A DNA stretch of 64,000 nt from assembly GCA_009859145.1 (NCBI GenBank), contig VRVR01000012.1, forward strand, positions 186,001 through 250,000, given 5' to 3'. Below the pieces are notes generated by a model. The model was not told the origin of the DNA and searched no databases. It was given only the letters and a program-made list of their open reading frames with translations. The translations under genes and the position numbers were made by a program. The DNA is from Andalucia godoyi And28 (lineage: Eukaryota; Protista; Jakobida). Positions 42,236-52,800 of the stretch are shown piece after piece; the stretch's first letter is position 1, and each line of letters starts with the position of its first letter.

Positions 42236-43999
42236 ATGAAACGGCGAAAGACGGGCGATGAGGATAGTTGTAGTGACACGAGCTGTGATGAACCAGCTTC
42301 GAAAGTTGCAAAATCCTGCAATGCGGCCGCGCACGCTCAGCAAGACGTCCAGTCCGCAACCTTGTTGCGTGAACAAGCGCTCAATGAGTCAATATACGGA
42401 AAAGATGCAAAGATCAAGGTGAAGCTTCTAAAGAATTTAAAGTCTTTTCCATTTAAATTCAGGTCGAATCATTTTCATGAATTGATTCAGTGGCTTTTGC
42501 TTCCAGATGCAATGAATCCAAAATGGGTTCTTGTGGTGAATAAGCCGCTGCTGAGTAGAGTTGCATGGCTCATTGTGAATAATCAGTCGGAAACTGCGTA
42601 TGACCCGAAAAAGACCGTAGATTCGCTGAAGGCGAATGCGTGCGCCGTGCTTGGGAGTGTGGACGTGTACGAAACGTTCTGGGTGCAAGAACCTCGGGAT
42701 AAGGTCCAGGAAAAGGCAGATGCAAAGGAAAGGGAAAGGAAAGGAGAGGAAACCGTTGCAGCCCTCGAAAAAGAGAATCAGTGCAGTAGTCAGAAGAAGG
42801 CACAATCCAACTTTGAGATTGCGGTTGGTACCTGCTCTGTTTCGAGTGTGGTGAACAGATTGACTGTGGAGGCGATGACTGGTCCGGTTTTGGTCGAAGA
42901 TATTGAGCCGTATGCTCGGCTGTTTGATGTGAAAGCCGGTCCGTATACGAGTGATATCGAGTGTGTTTCATGCTCGAACTCCAGCTCGTTCTGCATCCAT
43001 CGGACGGCGGTTGCGTCACGGGCGGAAGATTCTTCTGGTGTGCACAATGTGCTTGCGATAGACTGCGAAATGGTCATCACGAGTCGCGGAAGGGAATTGG
43101 CTCGATTGTCCGTTGTTGGTGCAGACCGGAAGGTGCTGCTGGACGCGTACATCAAGACTGAGTATCCCGTGGTTGATTACTTGACCAAACATTCTGGAAT
43201 CACTCCGGAACTCTTGAAGACAGCCACATTGACTCGCGATGGTGCACTCGAAAAGCTGACTGCGCTCATGCATTCGAAAACCGTCCTCATCGGACATAGT
43301 TTGCAGAATGATTTGGCAGCCCTCGGTATTGCTGGATGTTCGCACGTGAGAGTGTCCGATACTGCTGTTTTGTATCCCCATAGGGAGTCTGACAAATACT
43401 GTCACTCGTTGAAATTCCTGGCTCGACAATACCTTACTCGGGACATTCAAGTCGGGCACGAAGGGCATGATTCCGTGGAGGATGCTCTTGCTGCCATGGA
43501 CCTGGTGAAGATCAAGGTTCGCCACGGTCCTCTTTTTGGCTTGCCTGACAAGAATCACCGACCCCGCGTGAATTTGTTTTCATTGATGTCGAGGCACTCC
43601 ATCCAATCGTCACTTTTCACGTCCTCGACCAATGACACGGTGCTGTCCCGTATTGCCCCTGCCCATGCGAATGTATCGCTGCATTCTTGTGACTCCGGAG
43701 AGGATTTGCACCGTCGATTTACCACAGGAGCTGCCTCCACGAATGCCAACAGCAAATTTGTTGTTGGATTGTACAGTCCGTCGGATTTCGAATCGATGGA
43801 ACATTTTTCGCAGACTGTTGAGCGGCTTCGCAGATCGCTGCCATTGAATTCTGTCCTGCTGGTTTCCGTTTTTAATTCTCCGTATGCGAAAGACAGAACT
43901 CAGATCCAAAACCAGAACCAAAGCCAAAATCTGAAGGTGAACCCGGAGGGTTTATTCTCGTACATTGTCAAGCGTACTGAAGAGTGCGACGATGATTGA
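42236..43999 (+). CDS. DEDDh RNA exonuclease (REXO1/REX1-like)
   Basis: AIDCEMV, LIGHSLQNDL, DTAVLY and GHDSVEDALAAMDL. Confidence 0.93.
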   Translation: MKRRKTGDEDSCSDTSCDEPASKVAKSCNAAAHAQQDVQSATLLREQALNESIYGKDAKIKVKLLKNLKSFPFKFRSNHFHELIQWLLLPDAMNPKWVLVVNKPLLSRVAWLIVNNQSETAYDPKKTVDSLKANACAVLGSVDVYETFWVQEPRDKVQEKADAKERERKGEETVAALEKENQCSSQKKAQSNFEIAVGTCSVSSVVNRLTVEAMTGPVLVEDIEPYARLFDVKAGPYTSDIECVSCSNSSSFCIHRTAVASRAEDSSGVHNVLAIDCEMVITSRGRELARLSVVGADRKVLLDAYIKTEYPVVDYLTKHSGITPELLKTATLTRDGALEKLTALMHSKTVLIGHSLQNDLAALGIAGCSHVRVSDTAVLYPHRESDKYCHSLKFLARQYLTRDIQVGHEGHDSVEDALAAMDLVKIKVRHGPLFGLPDKNHRPRVNLFSLMSRHSIQSSLFTSSTNDTVLSRIAPAHANVSLHSCDSGEDLHRRFTTGAASTNANSKFVVGLYSPSDFESMEHFSQTVERLRRSLPLNSVLLVSVFNSPYAKDRTQIQNQNQSQNLKVNPEGLFSYIVKRTEECDDD

Positions 44000-44062
44000 C
44001 CACCACCCCTTCGCACCAAGCTCCCTCCCGTGCTCCTTTTGCTGTGAATATTATTGTTTTTC

Positions 44063-46864
44063 TTAGAAGCTATGTAAAGCATCCAGACTGCGAAGCTTCA
44101 TTCGCAGTTTAGAGATGTCCTTGTTGATTTGATCCAGTTCCTCTTCCAATTCTTGTTTTCGTTTCCGTGCGGCAATCTTTTTTGACGCCATCGGAATCAC
44201 TTTCTCGTACTCTCGCTCTCGAGCCTCCTTTTGCATGTTGAGAGACATCAGCTCATTCTCTATAGACGAGGTTGTTTCCAGAGACAGCTGCAATGATCCA
44301 TCGGTAGCAAAAGGACGATTGTCGAGATTTCCAACCGGAGCAGACTTTTTGGAGAAATCGTGTTGAGCAGCTCGTGGGCCGTTGCCGTCGGCAACCTGGT
44401 CCAGTCGGAGAGGAGGAACCAGGTTGCGTGATGGGGACCGGGAAGGAGCAGGCTGCATAGGGGAGTTTTCAATTTGCGACGTTTGTCGTGAATAGCCCGA
44501 ATCATCCGCAATAACAACTGGGTCATCCATAGACACGGCAGATGCCTGGTATCGGTGGCGCATTGGTGGCGAAGAAGTTCGGATGGCTGCTTTGAGTTCC
44601 TCTTCACGAAGAAGATTCTGTCTCTCTCTGTCTCCCACTGACGAATCCAATCTCAGGACCTGTTGTTGCATGGGCTGCGAGGCACTCCCACTCTGTCGCA
44701 GTTGGGCATGCTGCATTTCTCGGCGAAGCTTTTCTTGGATGGACAGCACAGATTCCTCCAGAATCGCAGAACCGTGAGATGGTCCACTCAAAGATCCCGA
44801 CGATCGCAAGCGGTCACCTTGCGCATCCTGGGACTCTAATCGAAAGACTCTTTCCGAAATGCGCGGCCTAAACTCGGATGGCTCTCCGGCGGAATGCCTT
44901 AAATCGGCAGAGGCTTGCGGAGCATCTTGCCTTGTCGCCTGCTTTTGAGGCTGCTGAAGAACACCTCGTGCGTACGGAGGCGGACTAGCGGTCCTGCGTT
45001 CATGGACATCGGGCCGCTCGCTCATTTGAACAGGATGCGATGACTGTCGAATCGGATCAAACCCACTCTGCAAACCTGGAGCGGGCATTCCTTTCTTGAT
45101 TGCCTGCTGTTTCTTGTAGTACTTGACCATCAGCTCAAAGAGCTCCACCTCGCGCTCCCCGGGAACGAAATCTTCTTCGGAAGGAGAACGCCCCGTCGGA
45201 AAGACTGAAGGCACAGGCTTTTCCGGAGACGGATTGCTCGTGCGATTCCCACCTCGGACGAAGTCCAGATGTTGCGCAGATATCTGTGTTTGGAGCCTCA
45301 AGGCATCCGATTCCGCTTGCTTCTGCTTTTGCAAGGCCTCGCGCAATTGAATTCGCAGGTCATTTACGGCATCTCGCAGAGATCCAACCTCCTGGTCCTG
45401 CCTTGTGATCTCCTGCCTCGCTTGCAAGAAGTCTCTTTTTGCAGCTTCCTCGGACTGCCTGTACTGATCCACCAACGACTGTTTGGAGGCAATTTGCTGA
45501 CGCAGGTCTAAAATGCTCTCTTGGACCAAGGAGTTTTCCTTCTCAAGCTGGACCATTGATTTTCGAGCCTGCAGAAGATCTTTCTTCAACGTCTCGTTCT
45601 CTTGGATCAGTTGTCGCATGGTCGTCTGGTCTGCCTTGGATCGAGATGCAAGGTCCTTATTATCGTACTCCAGCTGATTCCGTTTCGAAAGTGAATCGTT
45701 CAGATCCTCAATTGCCCGCTGCGTCGCCTCCTTTGCTCTTCCCAGTTCACCTCGGATAGTGTCGAGCTGCAGAGATAAACTGCTCACTTCCTCGTCCTTC
45801 TTTCGAATCTTCAGTTCATACTCTTTGAACGACGTCATTGCGGAATTAAGAGAGTCCTGCAGTGACTCGATGTGCGTACTGCGGGCAGCAAACTCGGATT
45901 CCAAGGCTGTGCACTTGCTTGCAAGCAACTTCTTTTGCTGGATTTCCATTACCAGCGTTGACTCGAGAGCAGCCACGCTGTCATACGATTCAAACGTGAC
46001 TGTCGAAGCATCCACCATACTTTTCTTAGAGGGGACTTGCTGCGAAGAGACAAGAAGGGAAGAGGAGTCTCGCCTGCTGACAGGCGCTTCCTTCACTGAC
46101 AACGCTGGTCGTCCGGAATGATGTTCCATCGAATCGTGCATTCTAATACCGTACTGAAAGCCTTGATCGTCTTCCTCGTCGTCATCGAGAGAAATTGCAT
46201 CGAGATCTGTATCGTCTTCCTCGTCGACGGATTGGCGACGATGATGTCTCTGAGCATCCACCCTTTTCCTGGGCTTGGATTCCCGCGAATCTACTGCCTC
46301 TTTGACTATCCTTTCCCGGACTTTGGAAAGCTTATTCTCCTGCAGTTTTCTGTTCCAAGAATGCTGCCGATCCAATTCAGAGTCAATCGAATCGTACGTG
46401 AGGTCTCCTGGTGAATCTTGCGATCCGTGCAATACTGCATTCAGAATCCTCTGATGCTCATTTTCGAACACCGGCAATCCCCCATGATGTCGGCGGGGAG
46501 ACTGCTCATCTACTGCAGACGGTGAATACTCCAAAATCGTCTGTTGAACAATTGACTGTGAGGTCTGAAATGGTTCCTGCCGAACGTAAGTTGAGGGACT
46601 CCCAGGAATCGCTCGGTTCCCAGAAGGATTACGTGGAGATTGCAACTTCCCTGCATGATCTGGCAGCGCAGACACGTCAAATTCCACTGGATAATTCTCA
46701 ATCGCAGACGCCTGCAACGGCTTCGGTCTCTGCACGGTCGGCAGGAACTGATTTGATGAATATCGCTTCAATTCGTTCTTGTGTGCCTTGATATCCGGTC
46801 GACCCTCTTCTGAGTAGCTTAGTTCCTGAACTGAATCATCGTTGTGGCCATCCGGATCTATCAA
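44063..46864 (-). CDS. Long coiled-coil protein with an MPHOSPH9-like C-terminal helical domain
   Basis: A central heptad region. The C-terminus RPFAT...IENELMSLNMQKE...RKRKQELEEELDQINKDISKLRMKLR resembles MPHOSPH9-type ends. Confidence 0.7.
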   Translation of the reverse strand: MIDPDGHNDDSVQELSYSEEGRPDIKAHKNELKRYSSNQFLPTVQRPKPLQASAIENYPVEFDVSALPDHAGKLQSPRNPSGNRAIPGSPSTYVRQEPFQTSQSIVQQTILEYSPSAVDEQSPRRHHGGLPVFENEHQRILNAVLHGSQDSPGDLTYDSIDSELDRQHSWNRKLQENKLSKVRERIVKEAVDSRESKPRKRVDAQRHHRRQSVDEEDDTDLDAISLDDDEEDDQGFQYGIRMHDSMEHHSGRPALSVKEAPVSRRDSSSLLVSSQQVPSKKSMVDASTVTFESYDSVAALESTLVMEIQQKKLLASKCTALESEFAARSTHIESLQDSLNSAMTSFKEYELKIRKKDEEVSSLSLQLDTIRGELGRAKEATQRAIEDLNDSLSKRNQLEYDNKDLASRSKADQTTMRQLIQENETLKKDLLQARKSMVQLEKENSLVQESILDLRQQIASKQSLVDQYRQSEEAAKRDFLQARQEITRQDQEVGSLRDAVNDLRIQLREALQKQKQAESDALRLQTQISAQHLDFVRGGNRTSNPSPEKPVPSVFPTGRSPSEEDFVPGEREVELFELMVKYYKKQQAIKKGMPAPGLQSGFDPIRQSSHPVQMSERPDVHERRTASPPPYARGVLQQPQKQATRQDAPQASADLRHSAGEPSEFRPRISERVFRLESQDAQGDRLRSSGSLSGPSHGSAILEESVLSIQEKLRREMQHAQLRQSGSASQPMQQQVLRLDSSVGDRERQNLLREEELKAAIRTSSPPMRHRYQASAVSMDDPVVIADDSGYSRQTSQIENSPMQPAPSRSPSRNLVPPLRLDQVADGNGPRAAQHDFSKKSAPVGNLDNRPFATDGSLQLSLETTSSIENELMSLNMQKEAREREYEKVIPMASKKIAARKRKQELEEELDQINKDISKLRMKLRSLDALHSF

Positions 46865-47412
46865 ATCATCATGGCCATCGCGGTGAATCTCCTCCGCATC
46901 TAACCTTTTTTTTTGCGTCCGAAGAGAAAGTCAAATAACGAAAGCCAGATGCCTATGAGTAACAGAGAAACAAGACAGAAACATGGAGGTGGAACAAACT
47001 GGGGTGGGACAGATGAAGGAGGGAACAGAACATGTTGTATGTTTTAATTTAAAAAAGATGGGAATCACGAACAAAACATACTGTCGTTGGAATGCGATTC
47101 CATCGTACTCAAACTGGTCTGCACTGTTCATCTCTGAATGCTTCACGTCTATAGGCAATCCTGCTCTTCTCTGGAGAATGATGCGCACAAGAAAACGAAA
47201 GCGTAAGGCTGCAAAAGAAAAACGTCCAACAATAGGTGATCGTTAAACAACGCTAGTATCAATTGAGTGTGCACCGTGGTCGCGGAAGAACGGCACACAA
47301 TCACGACCCCTTTTGCTTTCATCGTTTCGTTTTGACTCGCTTGGTTGTGTTTGTGTGTTTGTAGGTGGGTGGGTGCTTCGTCCTTTTTGTTGCTTTATTC
47401 GCTCTGGGTTCC

Positions 47413-49242
47413 ATGCATCGTCTGTGTCGTCGCTTTGCAAGTGAAGCGCACCTTCCTTCTTATGTGAAGCGCGAACCAAATGGCAGGCCTGTGTTTCTTC
47501 CGTTTGGATTTGGCAAGCGACGGTCGATCATCTCGGCGCTTGAGACCGCACAAGGAGCGTGGAGAATCCTGCAGGACACCAGCACGCATTATTTTATGGA
47601 GCGCGAAGATGGTTTCAGAATATGGTTTCCGAAACATGCCGTGACAGTTCCTGATCGGGAAGGATACATCCAGATTGAACAGTGGTGGAAGGATTCCAAT
47701 GAACTCCCGCATTATTCAGAGTATCTGCACGGGCTGCGTCGGATTCAACCCCTTCCCAAACTCAAAATGGACGGAAGCTTGCTTTCTGAAATCCCGGATA
47801 TTGACGCATTGACTGTTGAAGACCCGAACAAGGGCTGTGATCTGACAAGAGAGGATGGACCTTCTAGGAATTGGACGGTGTGCAAACTCACTGTCGACCA
47901 AGTACTTGACTTTCAGTCTTGTCCGCGAAAGTTTTATCTGGAACATGTTTTAAGGCTTCCGTCGAGGATTTCTTCTGAAGAATGCAGGCAGTATGCAGTC
48001 GAAGAGTTGTTCAAGGCCGTCATGCAGTGCGACTTGACCAAGCGGCCAGCCAGTGATTATCTGCAGGTGCTTGCTCCCGTCGTTTGGAAAAAGACGCGAG
48101 TTCTGTTCCACAGTTTCCTTCGGCGTGACGGTTTCTTTGATATTCACGAGTTGAGGAGGGTTAAGCATCAGGCACTGTGGGCGGTGCAGCAGACCCTGGC
48201 ATTCGCCACCGGTCGCACTGTTTTTCCATCGGTGCCTTTGCCGTCCGAGATTCCGAACAAGGAAATGCTCCCGCTGCTGTTTCCGTCTGTTTCTGTGGCA
48301 ATAGATAAGGAGACCGTGGTGTCGGATGTCGTGCATGCTTTGAATCTTCCTCGGCGAAATCAAAAGTCTGTTGTTCAGATGTACATAGCAGGACATCACA
48401 ATGATGCATTTGCGCCTTCCGAAGTGCGAAGCACTGCAAGACTAAAGATGCAGACATTCCTGCTGGAACGAGGTCATGGAATTATTCCCGATGAGGTTAC
48501 GTCGACTCTTTGCGGTCCACGGCGGACGCAGTACGTTGATGTCGAAAGGAATGAAGAAGAATCAATCCGCGAAGAATTTGTCAATTCGGTGGGAAAGCTG
48601 AAAGCCCTGCTGCGCAAGCTTCCCGAAGATTTTTCCGTCCAGAAAGAGACTGAATTGAAGGTAGGTCCGGTTGATGGCCCAGAGTGCGATATTCCTCTAG
48701 CGACAAGCGAAAACGAATCTCTCTTCCCAGCGCGAGTCAGTACCCAAAATTGCTTTACTTGTAAGCTCCGTGCGTTTTGCCACCCGCATGTGTCGCATTT
48801 TCGAACGAGGAAACTACTTGAAGATAATCACAAGTGGCTCTATGGGACGGCTGTGTCCTCCAAGGTCTCTGCCTCTCGTTCCGATACTCCAATAGCGAGC
48901 GTGGACGTGGAGCCTCATCTAAGAATGTTCCGGAATTTCCTGCTTGAGCACAAGGGCCTTCGTGGAAAGCGGTTGGCGGAAGTCCGCGTCGGCGACGAAA
49001 TAGGGATTGTGGATGCAAATCTGAAGTCCCACGAAGTATTTGATTACGTCTTCGCCGACCTTGCAGATCCTTATTCGCTATTGATCAATGGAGCGGTACC
49101 GTCCATTTCGAAGCTCGAAGCGCAAGCAGAAGAAGTGAGTGCGTACTGGAAAGATCATGTTTCTCGTGTTGCTCCGAAGTCTCTTGAAGATGAGAATGAA
49201 GTGTATGATATTCAAGGACTTCGGTACGTCGAGTTGGAATGA
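47413..49242 (+). CDS. Putatively mitochondrial protein with a Cas4/AddB/Exo5-like PD-(D/E)XK-fold Fe-S domain
   Basis: The presequence-like N-terminus is MHRLCRRFAS. It has ...DFQSCPRKFYL (first Cys) and a C-terminal CFTCKLRAFC (Cx2Cx5C) staple; catalytic motifs are not evident. Confidence 0.7.
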   Translation: MHRLCRRFASEAHLPSYVKREPNGRPVFLPFGFGKRRSIISALETAQGAWRILQDTSTHYFMEREDGFRIWFPKHAVTVPDREGYIQIEQWWKDSNELPHYSEYLHGLRRIQPLPKLKMDGSLLSEIPDIDALTVEDPNKGCDLTREDGPSRNWTVCKLTVDQVLDFQSCPRKFYLEHVLRLPSRISSEECRQYAVEELFKAVMQCDLTKRPASDYLQVLAPVVWKKTRVLFHSFLRRDGFFDIHELRRVKHQALWAVQQTLAFATGRTVFPSVPLPSEIPNKEMLPLLFPSVSVAIDKETVVSDVVHALNLPRRNQKSVVQMYIAGHHNDAFAPSEVRSTARLKMQTFLLERGHGIIPDEVTSTLCGPRRTQYVDVERNEEESIREEFVNSVGKLKALLRKLPEDFSVQKETELKVGPVDGPECDIPLATSENESLFPARVSTQNCFTCKLRAFCHPHVSHFRTRKLLEDNHKWLYGTAVSSKVSASRSDTPIASVDVEPHLRMFRNFLLEHKGLRGKRLAEVRVGDEIGIVDANLKSHEVFDYVFADLADPYSLLINGAVPSISKLEAQAEEVSAYWKDHVSRVAPKSLEDENEVYDIQGLRYVELE

Positions 49243-49894
49243 CATCGCTTTGCCGAATGCTGTTCAGTACAACCCCTTCCAACCCACACCGCTCCAAACA
49301 TTTGGCTCGCATGCTGCGCCTCAGACAGATTATTTGGCGTAAAAAGGGACTTTTACAATCAGCAACAGCGCCCGTCATCGATTACAAAGGAATCGGTTGT
49401 GAATATTCGACAGTGTCTCATTGGGCCTCGACCTGCACACCTTCAGCCATACTATCCGATGATATATACCACAGCCATCCACCAGTCGTTTTGGGTTGGA
49501 GGGTTGTATCGCTGAATCCTCATCGTAATCCGCGACAAAATGCTGTGGGACACGTCCTTTCTGTCTTGATTTTTATTTTACTTTATGTTGAGTATGCGAT
49601 GCAGCATCAAGCGATGCCACGTCTGCGGAATCCCTTCCCAACAGGGTGATGATCTCGCAAAGCTCGTCACGGCATCCTCGTGTCCTCGCTTGTCTTTCCG
49701 CTCGCCAAAACCTTTGTTCTTCTCTCGTGTTTTTTCCCCTCCCCCGTTGTATTTTGCCGCCTCTCAAAGAAGGGATAAAGAAAAGGCTCTTGGGTCTACT
49801 AGACAGGGCCGCACTGTACAATACTACGTTAATACAAATACAATACAAAACCCAACAAAAAAAAAAGGATAAAGGATATTAAAAAAAGAGGGAG

Positions 49895-52800
49895 ATGCTT
49901 CTAGACGATCGATTCAGTCGCTTTTCAAGTTTTGGAAGGTTAAAGCCTTGGGTTCGTTATGTTGCTTTCATGTGTGTTGTTGTTATGTTATTCCAGATGT
50001 CGGGAAAGTCATCAAATATGTCAGAGAGCATTCGGAGTGCAAGCTCCTTTTCGATGTGTCGGAAGAATTGCGACCGCGTTTTCAGCGATAATATTGCTGG
50101 AAAGTCATTTGAATCCGAGCTGTGCTCTCCGGAAATTGATATAGTATACACATGGGTCAATGGGAAAGATCCCCGGCAGACTGCGCTGCTCAGGTATTGG
50201 AAGGAGAAGGAGGGCTTGGAAAGTCCTGTGCAAAGTTCTGTTTCGTTGGCGGAGAGCGCGCAGTTGTCTTCAAGAAATGCAGATGCGGCCAAGTCTGCTG
50301 CGAGAGACCTGGTTCCGCTTCTTCAGAATTCAACAGTTGTTGCAGTCAACGATTCTGTGGTGTGCCAGCTCATCACAGGTTCAAATAACTCAACTTCTGA
50401 GGATGAACATGCTGGTACTGGATCCAGTTATTCTCATCAGGAGAACGATGATGTTACGTCAACGTCTCGGTTCCGAGATAATGATGAGTTGCTGTATTCA
50501 TTGCGTTCCGTAGAGAAATATGCGCCGTGGGTCAGGAGGATCTATATTGTGACGAATGGACAGGTTCCTGCGTGGCTGAATACGGATCATCCCAAGATCA
50601 GGATTGTCTCGCACGAAGAGATTTTCGTGAACAAGTCTCACTTGCCCACATTCAGTTCACCGTCCATTGAAGCCCACTTGCATCGTATTCCTGGGCTTTC
50701 CAAAAAGTTTCTGTATCTGAATGATGATATTATGTTTGGCTCTGAAGTATGGCCAGAGGATTTCTACACTGCAACGCGCGGGCAAAAGGTATTCTTGTCC
50801 TGGTCTGTGCCGAATTGCGCAGACAGCTGCCCGGATTCGTGGCTTGGCGACGGCTACTGCGACCGTGCTTGCAATGTCTCTGCATGCGATTTTGATGCCG
50901 GAGACTGTTTGAAGCCAGGCGCAGTGGCTTCCAGCGGATTATCCAATGGTACGGGATCCTCGTCGACGTTTTGGAATAGTTGGTCGTCGTCAACTGTGTC
51001 CGATCGACAAAAGCGGCAGTGCGCTCCTGGGTGTCCAGATACCTGGTTGAACGATAAGTTCTGCGACAGTGCGTGCAAATCCATGGCGTGCGGATATGAT
51101 GCGTCGGATTGCGGTCTCGACATCATGGAATCGCACATGGACTTTGGTTCGATCACGTCCACCGACGTCGCTCAACTTGCGGTCAATGAATCCTTGTCTT
51201 TTGTAGTTTCACCAGGTCATCTCAGCTTTTTTGTTCGCCTCAACGAGACGTTTTCTTCGGAGAATACTCTGAAATCTGCTTCTCATGATAACTCTGCTCT
51301 GATCCGAACAGCCTCGCTGTCTCTGAAGCACAAGGTGCTGACGCTGACATTTCACCGAAACGTTTCGGGATCCGCAAAGGTTGTTGTTGCTGTGGACAGT
51401 GGCACAGCTGTTGAATTTTATATAACTGCGGACACCTCTGTTCCCCCTCCTCCGGAGCCTACGTTGGGACCATCGACGCCAACGGTCTCAAGCTCGTCTG
51501 CTGCGAATCGGTATGCGCCTCCTGCTCCAACCGTTGGCGGAGCAACCGCATGGAGTACGCCGATTGTGAAGACGGCCCATCAGTCTCGAGAAGAACAGGC
51601 GTTGGATGATCGAAAGTTGACAGACGAGGAAGTACGGTTGAAGCACATGATGATCGCGTTTTTCCAGTCTCGCCAGCATTCTGCTGTAGCTGTCGACGAC
51701 GCGTTCGTAGAGACAAATGTCACGTCGATCTTGCAAGATTTCCAATCTTTTGTTTCGTCGGCTGCATCTTCCAGAACACGGGCATCCGCAGGTTTGCGTC
51801 CGAATGTTACGGAGAGCTCCAGCCTATCTCGTGAAGAGGCAACTGGAGTCTTTGACAACGTTACGATTCCTGTTGTCGATGGCGATAATTCTACCCTAAC
51901 GAACACCGACATAGAAGAACGTTCAAGTTTGTCCAGGAAGTTGCTGGATCTCGAACTGATGAACGAAGACCCGGGCTCGTTTTCCACCGTTCCGCAAGAC
52001 ATTGTCCTTTCGTCTCTCGCTTCGGAGCTTTTGTTCGATCCAGAATTCATGTCAACGGCGCGTACCCTGTTGCTGGATTCGTTTGGCTCCTCGTTGCGTC
52101 ATGTCCAGCGCTTGTACAATAAGGCGTATGGAACGACGACCCGCAAAGTTCCAGCCCATATGCCGCATTTGATTGACAAGGAGATCATGGAGAGTCTGCA
52201 GAAAAAATACCCGGTCCAATTTGATGAGACGTCTTCTCATCGCTTCCGAAGCACCCGCGATATGCAGTATTCGTTTTCCTATTTCTACTTCCTTATGGAA
52301 GAAAAGGAAGACATTGACGCGAGGAAGATGTTCAACGAGTATTTTGACACCAATCATGACTCTGTGTTGTCGTGGAATGAGTTGCGAACCTTGGCAGTCT
52401 TTCTTTCCAAAATCGATGACTTTGAGCCGCTTGCTGAAAAATCGAGGATCGAAGCGAATACGTCTGCGACGATTGCTGTAGTTCAAACCCATGATTCCTC
52501 GGAAATTTTGAATTCTTCCAGTGTGGCGGCGACCTCTACCTCCACCGCTGCTGGCCTGGCTGCAATGTCCGCCATCGCTGCGGCTTCCCGCACCGGCAGC
52601 TTCAAGTACCGCAGTGCATCGCGAGAAAAGACTTTGACGGATCATTTTATGGACGAGTTGGTGCAGCTTATTCAAGCGTGTGGAAGAAATGCAAATGTAA
52701 CAAGGCTTTCCGTCAACTCTTCGTCTGTGGAACTTGTTTCGAACGCTCTGAAGAGTGCTTCGTCAATTGTGAAGTTCCCTAAGCGTCAGAGGGATGTGTT

